From: an uncultured Planctomycetota bacterium
Lineage (GTDB): Bacteria; Planctomycetota; Planctomycetia; Isosphaerales; Isosphaeraceae
NCBI GenBank assembly: GCA_963845755.1
Contig: CAWJTV010000015.1
Location: 32,001-96,000 of the forward strand
Direction: 5' to 3'
Length of the DNA stretch: 64,000 nucleotides
Under the pieces are notes generated by a model. The model ran no database searches, was not told where the DNA came from, and saw only the letters and a list, made by a program, of their open reading frames with translations. Position 1 is the stretch's first letter. Every line of letters begins with the position of its first letter. The position numbers and the translations under genes were made by a program. Positions 50,577 to 62,203 of the stretch are shown here, in pieces.

Positions 50577-51838
50577 TGAGGTGGACCCCAAAAACTGGAC
50601 CACTCGGGATGTTAAACTGATCAGAGATCACTGTTCCATCCCGAGGAGCATCATGACAGGCACACGAACGCGACATCCGGCAGCCTTCCGGGCTCGGGTC
50701 GCTCTGGAGGCCGCCAAGCCGACCAAGACCCTGGCCGAGCTGTCCACGACCTTTCACGTCCACTCGGTCCAGATCAGCCAGTGGAAGAAGCAACTCCTGG
50801 ACGGGATCGAGTCCCTCTTCCAGGACGGACGCCGCCGCGACCACGACGAGAGCCAGGCGATCCAGGCCGAGCTGTACGAGCAGATCGGCCGGCTCAAGAT
50901 GGAGGTCGAGTGGTTGAAAAAAAAAGCTGCCCGCGGCGGCTGACCTCAAGCGGCCCCTGATCGATCCATCCGATAGTCATCTGAGCATCCGTAGACAATG
51001 CGAACTGCTGGGTCTCAACCGATCGAGCTACTATCTCCCACCGGCTGTCGAGTCGGAGGAGAACCTGCGCGTGATGCGGCTGATCGACGAGCAGTTCCTC
51101 AAAACCCCGTTCTACGGCAGCCGGCGGATGACGGCGATTTTGGAGCGTTCTGGGGAGACGGTCAATCGCAAGCGGGTCCAGCGACTCATGGCTTTGATGG
51201 GCCTGGAGGCGCTCTTCCCCAGGCCGCGGACCACCACCATCGCATCGGACGCGCGGGTCTACCCGTACTTGCTCCGCGATCGGGTGCTGACCCACGTCAA
51301 CGAGGTCTGGAGTTCAGACATCACATATATTCCGATGCGTCATGGTTTCATGTACCTGACGGCGGTGATCGACTGGTTCAGCCGGTATGTGCTCTCGTGG
51401 CGGCTGTCGAATACACTGGAGGGGCGATTCTGCCTGGAGGCCCTCGACGAGGCGTTGTCGCTGGGCCGGCCGGAGATCTTCAACACCGACCAGGGGTCCC
51501 AGTTCACGGCGCAGGAGTACACCAGCCGCCTGGAGGAGGCCGGGATCGCGGTGAGCCGGGACGGTCGGGGGCGGGCGTTGGACAACGTGTTCGTGGAGCG
51601 GCTGTGGAGGAGTGTAAAATACGAAGACATATACATCAAAGAGTATGAACGAGTTCCAGAGCTAGAGTCGGGCTTGAGGTCCTACTTCTGGTTCTACGAT
51701 GAGGAGCGTCCCCATCAATCACTCGATTACCGGACCCCAGGCGAGGTCCATCGGGCCGGGTTAAACGGAGGGCTGAAGGGGGAAAAGCCTTAACAAATGC
51801 AGGTGGCCTGAGTGGTCCACCTTTTGGGGTCCACTATA
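50577..51838 (+). mobile_element. IS3-family insertion sequence, complete (1262 bp)
   Basis: 29-bp imperfect terminal inverted repeats at 50577-50605 and 51810-51838 (24/29 identical), flanked by a 3-bp direct repeat GTA (50574-50576, 51839-51841); orfA/orfB layout. Confidence 0.95.
50653..51793 (+). CDS. IS3 transposase OrfAB (programmed -1 frameshift)
   Basis: OrfA 50653-50943 (HTH; ELYEQIGRLKMEVEWLKKK). A9G slippery run at 50917-50926 with GGAGG upstream. OrfB has DDE motifs WSSDITY, NTDQGSQF and DNVFVERLWRSVKYE. Confidence 0.93.
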
Positions 51839-52732
51839 GTATGCCCAATCTTCGCAGAAGCCGGTGGCCGGCGGCCGGGTCAATCAGTTGAAGGTGTTCT
51901 CCGATAAGATCGACGACGTGACGACTGTCGAGAACATCGTCAAGTCGTTCGTCACGCCCCGGATGAGCGAACAGGATCGGAGCAAGGCACTCTGGACGGC
52001 GATCGTCAAGTACCGGCATCAGACGACACCGCCCAACGAGCACATCGCGGGCGACTGGGAAGCCCACGACCCCGTGAAGATCTTCAACGTCTACGGCTAT
52101 TGCATGTGCTGCTGCTGTTCGGCGATGGTCGAGGCCCTCAATCGAGAGGACGGCCGCGAGACCCGCGGGCGGATACTGAACGGTCACAGCGTTCCCGAGG
52201 TTCAGTATCGCAACGGCTGGCACATGTTCGACACGTCGCTGATCACGTTCTTCCCCCGGCCGGAAGATGGCATGATCGCCTCGGTCGACGAGATCTCCGC
52301 GTCGATCGCCGACTGGTACACCAAGCACCCGGGTTATCGGAAGAACGGCGACAAGTTCCTCCAGTTGATGCGCAAGGACGGATGGATGGGTTGGAAGGCG
52401 GAGGGGCCGCGACTCCTGGCGCACTGCCCGTACTACCGCATGGGCTACCTTCCCGCCCGGACCCACGGCTGGGACGCGACGATGTCCGAATATGATCGCC
52501 AGTGCGAGGTCTACGAGTACGGCTACCACGTCGGTCACAAGGCGTTGTTCTCCTTGCGGCCAGGCGAGTCGTTCGTCCGCGAGGCGGGCAACCGCGGTCT
52601 GCACATCAACATGGAGGTCGATCCGAACTGGGACGGTCTGAAGGCCAGGGCACCCGAGAACGACCTGGTCTACCTCAAGGAGTTCTTCCCCGGCTATCGC
52701 GGCGGCGTGGCGGCCAACGGCTTCTCCGAAAC

Positions 52733-53630
52733 TCAAGGGGCGCTGCCGATCGGCCAAGTCAGGAGACGTCTCGTTGTTGGACCGGCATAGAACAGGGATT
52801 CGTCGTCGTACCACCTATCCAGCTCCCACCGCTGGTTCGAGAGATTTCGGTTGAGTACATAACCATGGTCGAGACCCCCGGGAAGCTCGATTCTCAGGCA
52901 GTTCTCGGAGACTCTAACTTGGCTCGTGCGGAGTCGTCGCATCGCTGGCGTGTTTAACAATGGTTCCGGGACGTTCCCACTAAGACGCCCGGCTGGAGAC
53001 TCAAGGAGGCTCACGCATTCCACACCGAGACGAGTGAGGCCGATCTCGCTTTCGAGTTGTCTCCATCCGACATCGACAGCCGTCCAGAAGGAAAAGCTGC
53101 AGGGGATGGCCAGAAGGAGTAGTCCGAACGACGCCACAGATCGATAGGAACGCCTGGATCTCCTGATGCTTTGGTCGATCATGTCCACGAAGGAGACCAG
53201 GACCAAGGCCAAGCTCAACAGAAACAAGACGAGGAAGATGAGTTGCGAATATCGGCGCAAGAAACCCCCGACAGCCGACATCCCATCCGGCCACTGGCAC
53301 GACGACTGCGTAGCATGGTCCGAACAGCAGTAAAGCACGGCTAATCCCTTCTTCCGTCGAATCACGATCGTCCAAGCCAGGCACCGGTCGAGGGGCACGC
53401 TGGCGGGTGAGTAACCGTCCGATTCCCGGATTGATGATCAGCCATAGGAAGGCTTCGACTTCAACGCAATGGGCGGCGAGCGATCCGAGGAGAAGGACGA
53501 TGTACGGTCGCCGCTCGGGAATCTCCCGCAACTCCGTCCCATAGAGGGCCATCGGGAAGGCGAGGATCGCGATCGAAACCAACAACTGAGTCAGCGTCAC
53601 CCGTGGCCACAGCCAATGTCGGTGAGGCAT
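52733..53630 (-). CDS. Hypothetical membrane protein; frameshift at ~53400
   Basis: MPHRHWLWPRVTLTQLLVSIAILAF (from 53630) joins ORF 52733-53398, which has two further TM segments and a small soluble domain. Confidence 0.5.
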
Positions 53631-53638
53631 GCAACTTG

Positions 53639-54471
53639 TCACTCCTTCAACGGCAGGATCTCCACCTTGCGGAACTCGATCGGGTGGCTCTCGGCCTGAA
53701 GTGAGATGCTGCCTCCGCTGAGCATTTTGTCGCCGTTCTTGATCAGCCGGCGGCCGTCGGCCTCGCTGATCGTCGAGCTGGGCCTTCTCGTATTCGATGA
53801 CGGTCTCGCCGTTGACGATGTGCTTGATGACGCCGTTGCCGTGGACCTCCGCTTCCACCGTGACCCACTGGTCGCCGTGATAGGTCTTCGCCTTCGAGTC
53901 GGTGCAGTGCTCCGTGATCAGCTTGCCGCCCATCACGATGTTCGTGCCGGGCGTGCAGACGTTCGCCGTCGATCGCTTGTTGCGGCCGTTGCCTCCGAGG
54001 AACTGGACCTCGATCGAGACCGGGAATTCCTGGTCTTTTCGCATGCTCTCGGGTGGCTGTCCGTGGATCATCACACCACTGTTTCGCAAGGCCCAGCCCG
54101 GACCGCCGCGGCACTGGTCGCCGACGAACCGATACTCGATGCGCAGCCGGTAGTGGGAGAACGGCGTCTTGTAGAAGAGATGGCCGAACTTGCCGTCGAA
54201 CTTGGGGTACTTGTCATAGGCGACCTTCAAGACCCCGTTCTCCACGCGGAACGTGTCGGCGTAGTTCTCGCCGAGCGGATAGCCCGTGATCTTGGGCGTC
54301 CAGCCGTCGAGGTCCTTGCCGTTGAACAGCGCGATCCAGCCCGCTTCGGAAGACTTGTCCTGTCCCCGCGCGTCGATCGCGGCCAGTCCGAAGATGCCGA
54401 GAATCGCAGACAGGGCTGAGCGTGAAACCCAGCATCCGAGGAGCGGGTCGATTCGGGTTCGTGGCGATCAT
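53639..54471 (-). CDS. DUF1080 / 3-keto-disaccharide hydrolase family protein; 2 frameshifts
   Basis: WIALFNGKDLDGWTPKI, FGHLFYKTPFSHYRLRIEY, NSGVMIH, SIEVQ, GGSISLQAESHPIEFRKVEILP. Shifts at ~54410 and ~53765. Confidence 0.88.
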
Positions 54472-54493
54472 GTTGGCGTCCTCCTTCTTCGGG

Positions 54494-56242
54494 TCACAAC
54501 CGGGGTGTTGGGGGCTTGATCGGGGCCTGGTAGGCGTTCGCGCCTTGGACCTTCACCTTGCGCTTGTAGACGCGATCGCCACAGGTGGCGTACAGGATGT
54601 TGAACTCGGGGCCGCCGAAGCAGAGGTTGGCGATCCGGCCGTTGGGCGTGGGGATGATCGCGTTGACCCGGCCAGGCTGGTCGCAGACCTGGATGCCCAT
54701 CTGAGTCGTCACGTAGAGCCGGCCGGCGCGGTCTACACGAATCCCATCGGCGCCGGCGTAGTCCGCGGTATCGGGCACGTGGAGGTGGTAGTATCTTCTG
54801 CTTGTGGGCCAGCGACCCATCCGGCTGGACCTGGTAGCTGTAGACCCAGTGCGAGCGGCTGTCGGCGACGATAGAGCAGCGTCTGGTCGGGCGAGAGGGC
54901 GATGCCGTTGGGGAACGCGGGATTGTTCCATCCCTTGTCGTCCACAACCCGTTTTTCTCCGGTTGGGCTGATGTACCAGATCTTGCTCGGCTCGTTGCCA
55001 CGGATGGGGTTCGTCGCGTAAATCCCGCCCTGATGGTTGACCACCAGGTCGTTACCATGAAATCCATCCGCAATCACGGTGGGATTGCCGTCGGTGTTGT
55101 ACGCGAGCACCTTATCCTCGGTGACCGCGTAGAGCCGGCCATCCGGCCCGAACGCCTGGCCGTTGGCGTGCTTCGAGTCGGCGACGAACGGAGCTGACCT
55201 TGCCATCCAGGCCGATCTTGTAGGTCTTGCTGTTGGGGATATCGTTGAAATACACCTCGCCCTGGGCGTTGGCGGCCGGTCCTTCGGTGAACCGGTAGCC
55301 GTCGGCCACGAGCGACCAGCCCTCCCCCGGCACGAGGATCTCCTGGAGCTGTTGAGACCCCGCGCCAGCCTTCACCGGCGTCGGCCAGTCTTTCCACAGC
55401 CATCGCATGGCGTCCGGGAAGATCCGCGTTGCGTGCTGCCCGCTGTGTCCACCGGTGCCCCAGTCGTGGTTCACCTCGTAACCGGCGAAGATGAAGGCAC
55501 GCTCCATCTCCTGGTTGGCCATCCACCAATCGCCGCCGTAGATGTTCAGGTCCGAGCTGCCGTCCTGGAGGAAGATCCGGATCGGCTTCGGCTCATACTT
55601 GCGGATGAGCGTCGGATACACGTTGCCTCCGCGTAACCCCACATACGTCCCGATCGCGCTGAAGACGCGGCGGAACGAATCGGGACGCTCCCACGCCGCC
55701 GTGAACGCACAGATCGCCCCGCTGCTGGCGCCCGCGATGGCGCGGTCGTTGCCGTCCTTCGACAGCCGGATCGCCCGGCCGTCGGGCGCGGTCTTGGTTT
55801 CGACCTCGGGCAACAGCTCCTCGAGCAGGAACCGGACGTAGTTGTCGCCAAGTCCGTCGTATTCGAAGCTGCGATTGAAACGGTCCATCGCCTGATTTGT
55901 GGGTGCCTTCACGCGTCCGGGCGTGACGAACACACCGATCACGACCGGCATCTCCTTCTTATGGATCAGCTCATCGAAGACTTTGGGTGCGTTGTACTGG
56001 ATGCCGTCCTGGCAGACGTAGAGGCACGCGGGCTTGGCCGGGTCGTATTGCTTCGGCACGTAGATCCAGTAATCCCGGCCCGTGCCCGGGAAGATCTTGC
56101 TGTGGTCGAACGTGTACTTGGTGACATCGCCCTTCGGCGGGGCGGTCGTCGACTTCGGTTCGTCTCCGTGCAGGAAGCCCCCGTGCAGGAATCCGGAAAG
56201 GGCTAATAGCACGAAGACATTTCGAAGTGTAGCTCGTCGCAT
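54494..56242 (-). CDS. Secreted fusion of an alpha/beta esterase (enterochelin esterase-like) and an SMP-30/gluconolactonase domain; 3 frameshifts
   Basis: RDYWIYVP, NRSFEYD and GASSG nucleophile elbow; then FTEGPA, NGQAFGPDG, PNGIALSPD, GADGIRVD, NLCFGG. Confidence 0.88.
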
Positions 56243-56365
56243 GATGAAGTCCCTGGCGAGTCGTCTCGGGCATGGATCATCCGGCAGTGGAGGAAACGAT
56301 TCTAGCCGAGGCGAACCGCGACCGACAGATTGCACCGCCCGATCCGCGCTCGCTTCGATGAGCGT

Positions 56366-58237
56366 TTAATCGGATAGGTACCACGGCACGTTGACGACGA
56401 TGACGCGCCGGAGGCCGCTGAAGAGCAGATATGCCTTGATGACGGCCGCCGTCTGGTTGTGCAGGATGTAATGATACCACTTGGTCCGCGACCAGCTCGG
56501 GGACGATCACGGCGAGATCGCGACCGGGGTGTGCGCGTTGGAGGTCCGCGACCACCTGCATGAGCGGTCCGTAGAGCTGTCGGAACGGAGAGAAGATGAC
56601 GATCAGCCGGGGGGCGGGGACGCCGGCCTCCTGGGCCGGCTGTCGGACGCGCCGGGACCAGGTGTCCTCCAGGTCGAGGACCGTCTGCTCGTCGCCGGCA
56701 ATGTGCAGCACATAGACCTCGGGCGAGATCTTCATCGCGACCCGAAGCGCCTTCCGGGTAATCGCACTCCACCCGCGGATGGGCAACAGTGCGATGGGCG
56801 GTTGCAAGCCCGAGGCATCCAGCGGGGCGTCAGAGACGACCTCGCGGGCCACCGCCGATAATGAACGTGGACTCCGACGAACATCAAGAGCAGTGCGGGG
56901 ACCAGTAAGACGGTGATCCAGGCCCCTTCGGCGAACTTTGAGACCAGCACGACGACCAGGGTCACTGCCGTGCACGCCGCACCAAGACCGTTGATCGCCA
57001 TCGAACGGCCGGAACCCGGACCGCCGACTCTGCGCCAGTGCTCGACCATCCCGGCCTGCGAGAGCGTGAAGGCGAGAAATGCCCCGACGGCGAACAGGGG
57101 GATCAGGCTGTCGGTGATCCCGCGGAAGAGGACGAGCAGGGCACCCGAGAGGCCCGCCAGCACGAGGATGCCTTGCGAGTAGACCAGCCGTCGGCCCCGA
57201 TGGGCGAACCCGTTGGGCAGGTAGCCGTCCTGGGCGATCACCCGGCAGAGCCGCGGGAAATCGGCAAAGCCGGTATTGGCCGAGAGGGCCAGCACCGCCA
57301 GGATCGACGCCGATCGTGACGTAGTAGACCACACCCTTGCCGACGACGGCGGCCACGAGCTGCGACAGGACGCTCTCATACCCATCTGGCCGGGCTCGGT
57401 GGCACCGATGCCGTAGGCCCGGCACAGGTAGGCGATGCCGGCTAACAGGACGCCCAGAAGCGCGATGATCGCCGCCAGGGTGCGCCGGGCGTGGTCAACT
57501 GCCGGCTCGCGGAACGCGCTGACGCCATTGCTGACGGCCTCGACGCCGGTCATGGCCGTGCAGCCACTGGCGAAGGATCGCATCAGGAGCCACAAGGTCG
57601 CCCCCACCGGGACCGAAGGGAGCGCCGGCGGCGGGTCCACCGGCGCCGGATGTCCGCCCGCCGCGACCGATTTGACGAGCCCGTAGGCCAGCACACCCAG
57701 AAGCGATACGACGAACAGGTACGTCGGTGCCACAAATGCGATGCCCGACTCCCGCACACCGCGCAGGTTCACGATCGTGATCATCGCCAGGATGGCCAGA
57801 CACAGCGCGAGCGTGTACTGCTGAAGCGACGGAACGGCCGAGACCAGGGCGCCCACGCCCGCCGAAACGCCGACGGCCACCACCAGGACGTAATCCAGCA
57901 AGAGCGCCGCCGCGGCCAGCAGGCCGGGGCCGATGCCGAGGTTCTCCTTGGCTACGGTGTACGAGCCGCCGCCGTGCGGATAGGCGGCGATCGTCTGCCG
58001 GTAAGAGAAATACACCACTGCGAGCAACACGATGATCAGCGTGGTGATCGGACCGATGTGCGACACGCCGCCTATCCCCAGCGGGATCAACAACGTCAGT
58101 GCGGCCTCGGGCCCATAGGCCGCCGAGGCCAGCGCATCGAGGCCCAGCATCGGAATGCCGGCCAGCACACCCACGCGCTGTTGCTCTTCCTCGAGAGTCG
58201 CCAGCCTGCGGCCGAAAAGCCAGTCGGATAGTCCCAT
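56366..58237 (-). CDS. APC-superfamily permease, KimA/YdaO-like; ~3 frameshifts
   Basis: LGLDALASAAYGPE, YRQTIAAYPHGGGSY, INLRGVRESG, GCTAMTGVEAVSNG, SANTGFADFPRL, LIPLFAVG, SKFAEGAW; C-terminal SPFRQL...LHNQTA...VPWYL. Confidence 0.88.
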
Positions 58238-58436
58238 GGGATCTCCTCGATCTTCAAAGATCCACCATCTTAACCACCGCCCGGCCAACGCATCCATGGC
58301 CATGACGGACAGTGGCCGGCCAGACCCAACTCGGTGAACTGGCTGGTGGCTGAGACGCTCGATTGTCAGACCGGGATCCAAACACTAGGATCATGATCTG
58401 TCTGGAGCCCTCGATCTACCGACCGGAGCACCGTCG

Positions 58437-59622
58437 ATGGACTTCGCCATCCCCGAACGCATGCAAGATGTCCTGGCGACGATCCGGGAGCTTCTGGAAC
58501 GCGAGGTTTATCCACTCGAATCGGCGCTGATCTCCCGGCCGTTCGCGGAGCTGGTGCCGGCCCTGGCGGCGGTTCGTCGAGAAGTCCAATCGCGCGGTCT
58601 CTGGGCGCCGCAGCTCCCGAAATCGTGCGGCGGGATGGGACTGAGTCTGCTGGAATTCGCCCTGGTCGGTGAGGAGCTGGGCAGGAGCCCGCTGGGGCAT
58701 TACGTCTTCAACTGCCAGGCACCGGACGCCGGCAACATGGAGCTCCTCCGGGAGTTCGGCACGGAGGCCCAGAATACGCAGCTGGTTGATGCCCCTGGCA
58801 CGTGGCGAGTTGAGGAGCTGCTTCGCCATGACCGAGCCGGACTTCCCCGGTTCCAACCCGGTCTGGATGGGAACGCGGGCCGTCCGCGACGCTGACAGCT
58901 ACGTCATCGACGGCCGTAAATGGTTCGCGTCGGCTGCTGACGGTGCGGCCTTCGCGATCGTGATGGCGGTGACCGACCCCGAGGCCGAGCCGCACCGTCG
59001 GGCCAGCATGATCGTTGTCCCGACCGAGACACCGGGGTTTCGTCGCGTTCGCAACATCTCGTGCATGGGACACGCCGGGGACGACTGGGCAAGCCACGCC
59101 GAGCTGGCCTTCGAGGGGTGCCGTGTCCCGTGCGAGAACCGCCTCGGCGAGGAAGGCGCAGGATTCGCCATGGCGCAGGCGCGGCTCGGTCCCGGGCGGA
59201 TCCATCATGCGATGCGCTGGATCGGAGTCTGCCGCCGCGCCTTCGACCTGATGTGCCGCCGAGCGGCGGCACGCCCCCTTGGCCCGGGAGACCGGCTCGG
59301 CAGCCGCCAGGCCGTGCAAGGCTGGATCGCCGAAAGCCTCGCCGAAATCGAGGCCGGCCGACTCCTGGTCCTGCACGCCGCCTGGACGATCGACGCCCGC
59401 GGCATGGACGCCGCTCGCGAGGCCATCTCGCTCGTCAAGTTCCACGTCGCCGGGATCATGCAGCAGGTCGTCGACCGCGCGATCCAGGTCCATGGCGCGC
59501 TGGGAATCAGCGACGATACGGTACTGTCGTGGTTCTATCGTCAGGAACGTGCGGCGCGAATTTACGATGGTCCCGATGAGGTCCACAAGACTGTCGTGGC
59601 CAAACGCATCTTGAAACGCTGA
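58437..59622 (+). CDS. Acyl-CoA dehydrogenase (ACAD10/11-, LvaC-like); frameshift at ~58775
   Basis: FNCQAPDAGNMELL, RSCFAMTEP, GRKWF, AQARLGPGRIHHAMR, RIYDGPDEVH. Confidence 0.92.
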
Positions 59623-59646
59623 GCCCCCGTCCTCAGGAGGCCGACG

Positions 59647-60714
59647 ATGAGCTTCGCGATCGATGAGGCCGGCCCGGTCCGGGACGGCGAGCAACTGGAT
59701 GTCGAACGCCTCGGTGCCTACCTGACGGCCCACCTACCGGACGCCAGCGGCCCGATCGTCGTGGAACAATTTCCCCATGGGCATTCGAACCTCACCTACT
59801 TGATCCGCCTGGGCGATCGGGAGCTAGTCCTGCGCCGGCCGCCGTTCGCCAATCGGGTCAAGACGGCGCACGACATGGGGCGCGAGTACCGCATTCTTTC
59901 CCGCCTCTGTCGGGTGTACGAGCCGGCTCCATGCCCCGTGCTCTCCTGCGAGGACGAGAGCATTCTGGGCGCACCGTTCTACCTGATGGAGCGAAAGCGG
60001 GGGATCATTCTCCGCCGTCCGCCCTCATCCGATCCAGCGCTAACCCCCGAGACGGTGGGCCGGCTGGGAGCGGCGCTGGTGGACAACCTGGCCCGGCTGC
60101 ATTCGCTCGATTACGAAGCGACCGGCCTGGGGCATATCGGCAAGCCCATTGGCTACGTCGAGCGCCAGGTGACCGGTTGGACCCGACGTTACCGGGATGC
60201 GCAAACCGGTGACCTCGGTGGCCTGGAACGAGCCATGGCCTGGCTGGACGAGAACCGACCGGGTGAGTCGGGATCGGCGCTGGTCCACAACGATTACAAA
60301 TTCGACAACCTGGTGCTCGATCCCGGCGACCTGACGCGGATCGTCGCCGTCCTCGACTGGGAGATGGCCACGATCGGCGACCCGCTGATGGACCTGGGAA
60401 CGACGCTGGGCTACTGGATCGAGCCGGACGACCTGGAGCCGCTTCGCCGCTTCCTGGTCGGACCGACGACGTTGCCCGGCAGCCTGACCCGACGCGAGGT
60501 CGCCGAGCGCTACGGAGTTCAATCAGGCCGCGACGTCTCGAACCTCCTCTTCTACTACGTCTTCGGCCTGTTCAAGATCGCCGTGATCGCCCAGCAGATC
60601 TATGCGCGATACGTTCGGGGAGCGACCCGGGACGCGCGGTTCGCCGTGCTCGGGACGGTCGTCGAAGCGCTGGGGGAACAAGCCACTCGGTCGATCAACT
60701 CGGGGCGATATTGA
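59647..60714 (+). CDS. APH-family phosphotransferase (ACAD10/11 N-terminal-, LvaA-like)
   Basis: AGGAGG RBS; QFPHGHSNLTY, LVLRRPP, AHDMGREY, LVHNDYKFDN, VLDWEMATIGDPLMDLG. Confidence 0.92.
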   Translation: MSFAIDEAGPVRDGEQLDVERLGAYLTAHLPDASGPIVVEQFPHGHSNLTYLIRLGDRELVLRRPPFANRVKTAHDMGREYRILSRLCRVYEPAPCPVLSCEDESILGAPFYLMERKRGIILRRPPSSDPALTPETVGRLGAALVDNLARLHSLDYEATGLGHIGKPIGYVERQVTGWTRRYRDAQTGDLGGLERAMAWLDENRPGESGSALVHNDYKFDNLVLDPGDLTRIVAVLDWEMATIGDPLMDLGTTLGYWIEPDDLEPLRRFLVGPTTLPGSLTRREVAERYGVQSGRDVSNLLFYYVFGLFKIAVIAQQIYARYVRGATRDARFAVLGTVVEALGEQATRSINSGRY

Positions 60715-60748
60715 GCCAATCCGGAACATCGTTCTGAATGGAGGCCCG

Positions 60749-62158
60749 ATGCAAGACAACCGGGTGGACACGCATCAAAAAGCGGTACAGGTCAACCTCG
60801 ATAACACGAAGTACGGCACCTTCGCAGAGATCGGCGCGGGTCAGGAGGTGACGCGCTGGTTCTTCCGGGTCGGGGGAGCTGCGGGCACGATTGCCAAAAG
60901 CATCTCGGCTTACGATATGACCGTCTCGGACGCCATCTACGGCGCATCGGGCCGATATGTCAGCCGTCAGCGACTCGAAACGATGCTCGACCACGAATAC
61001 AGCCTCATGACCGAACGCCTCGCCGAGAAGCGCGGCGACAAGACCCGGTTCTTCGTCTTCGCCGACACCATCGCCGCCAAGAGTTATACCCGCAAGGACA
61101 ACTGGCACGGTTGGATGGGGATCCGGTTCCAGAATTACCCCGGTGCAGCGCCGTCTCAGATCCTCCTGCACGTCAGCCTGCTGGATCGCGAGACGACCTT
61201 GCAACAGGAGGCCGTGGGCATCCTGGGCGTCAACCTGATCCATGCGGCACTCTACGAGGCAGACCCGGTGGCCCTGGTGAAGCACCTGCTCGACGGCCTG
61301 TCCGCCGAGCGCATCGAGGTCAACCTGATCGAGTTCTCGGGACCAGCCTTCGCGCGGGTGGACAACCGTCTGATGAGCCTCGAGCTGGTGCACTGCGGCC
61401 TGACTGATGCGGCGATGTTCACGGCCGAGGGGAAGGTGGTCCAGCCGGCGGAGGCATTCTACAAGCGGCCGATCCTGGTCCTCCGCGGACGGTTTCGGCC
61501 AGTGACGAACCACACGGTGGACATGCTCCAATGCGCCCTGGGCCAATTCCGGCAGGAGCCGGCCAATCAGGGCGAGGACATCCTGGTCGTCGCCGAGATG
61601 ACCCTCCGCCACCTCCAACAAGGGGACGCCATCGACGACCAGGACTACCTCGATCGCGTCAACTTGCTCCGGACGCTTGGCCGCGACGTGATGGTCACCA
61701 GCTTCGGCCAATTCTACCGGCTGGCCAACTACCTTCAGCGCCATACCACCAAGCTCATCGGCCTGGTGCTGGGCGTGCCCACTCTCCGCGAAATCTTCGA
61801 GGAGAAGTATTATACGCACCTGGCCGGCGGCATCCTCGAATCGTTCGGGAGAATGTTCAAGAATGACTTGAAGCTTTACATCTATCCGCTTCTGGACCCG
61901 AACGCTGGACTGGCGGCGACCGTTGCGGATTTCCGCGTGGCGCCGAAACTCCAGCACCTCTACAACTTCCTGCTCGAAAACGGCCACATCCAGCCCATCG
62001 ACTGCTACAGGCCCGAATTCCTGGGTATCTCCTCGCGCGACGTCTACCGCAAGCTCAAGGAGGGAGACCCGACCTGGGTCGACGACGTTCCGCCCAACGT
62101 GGCTCTCTTGATCTGTCAGCGCCATCTTCTAGGCTACGATCCCGAGAAGTTCGACTGA
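60749..62158 (+). CDS. Conserved uncharacterised protein with a C-terminal nucleotidyltransferase (NadD-like) fold
   Basis: KAVQVNLD..KYGTFAEIGAGQEV..WFFRVGGAAGTIAKSISAYDM, HGWMGIRFQ, VLRGRFRPVT, ISSRDV...W...VP. I recall this family often being mislabelled TonB-dependent receptor. Confidence 0.7.
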   Translation: MQDNRVDTHQKAVQVNLDNTKYGTFAEIGAGQEVTRWFFRVGGAAGTIAKSISAYDMTVSDAIYGASGRYVSRQRLETMLDHEYSLMTERLAEKRGDKTRFFVFADTIAAKSYTRKDNWHGWMGIRFQNYPGAAPSQILLHVSLLDRETTLQQEAVGILGVNLIHAALYEADPVALVKHLLDGLSAERIEVNLIEFSGPAFARVDNRLMSLELVHCGLTDAAMFTAEGKVVQPAEAFYKRPILVLRGRFRPVTNHTVDMLQCALGQFRQEPANQGEDILVVAEMTLRHLQQGDAIDDQDYLDRVNLLRTLGRDVMVTSFGQFYRLANYLQRHTTKLIGLVLGVPTLREIFEEKYYTHLAGGILESFGRMFKNDLKLYIYPLLDPNAGLAATVADFRVAPKLQHLYNFLLENGHIQPIDCYRPEFLGISSRDVYRKLKEGDPTWVDDVPPNVALLICQRHLLGYDPEKFD

Positions 62159-62203
62159 TGACCTCCGGGCGATGCCCACCCTATTGGAAAGAGAGTTGAA
62201 CTC

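Larger units (their letters stand above)
50521..52790 (+). pseudogene. Secreted transglutaminase-like protein, interrupted by the IS and apparently 3'-truncated
   Basis: Removing the IS and one GTA copy restores MRHTISLMTIVVLSAVPVYAQSSQKPVAGGRVNQLKVFSDK in frame. Triad-like motifs YGYCMCCCC, GHSVPEV and WHMFD. Protein-like sequence ends at GGVAANG (~52720). Confidence 0.75.

Noticed and set aside
53001..54245. 414 aa DUF1080-membrane protein fusion ORF
   Set aside because: A frameshift at ~53765 bypasses the true DUF1080 stop at 53639-53641.
58238..58436. c-di-AMP (ydaO) riboswitch upstream of the KimA-like permease
   Set aside because: The conserved motifs are not visible in the 200-nt divergent gap.
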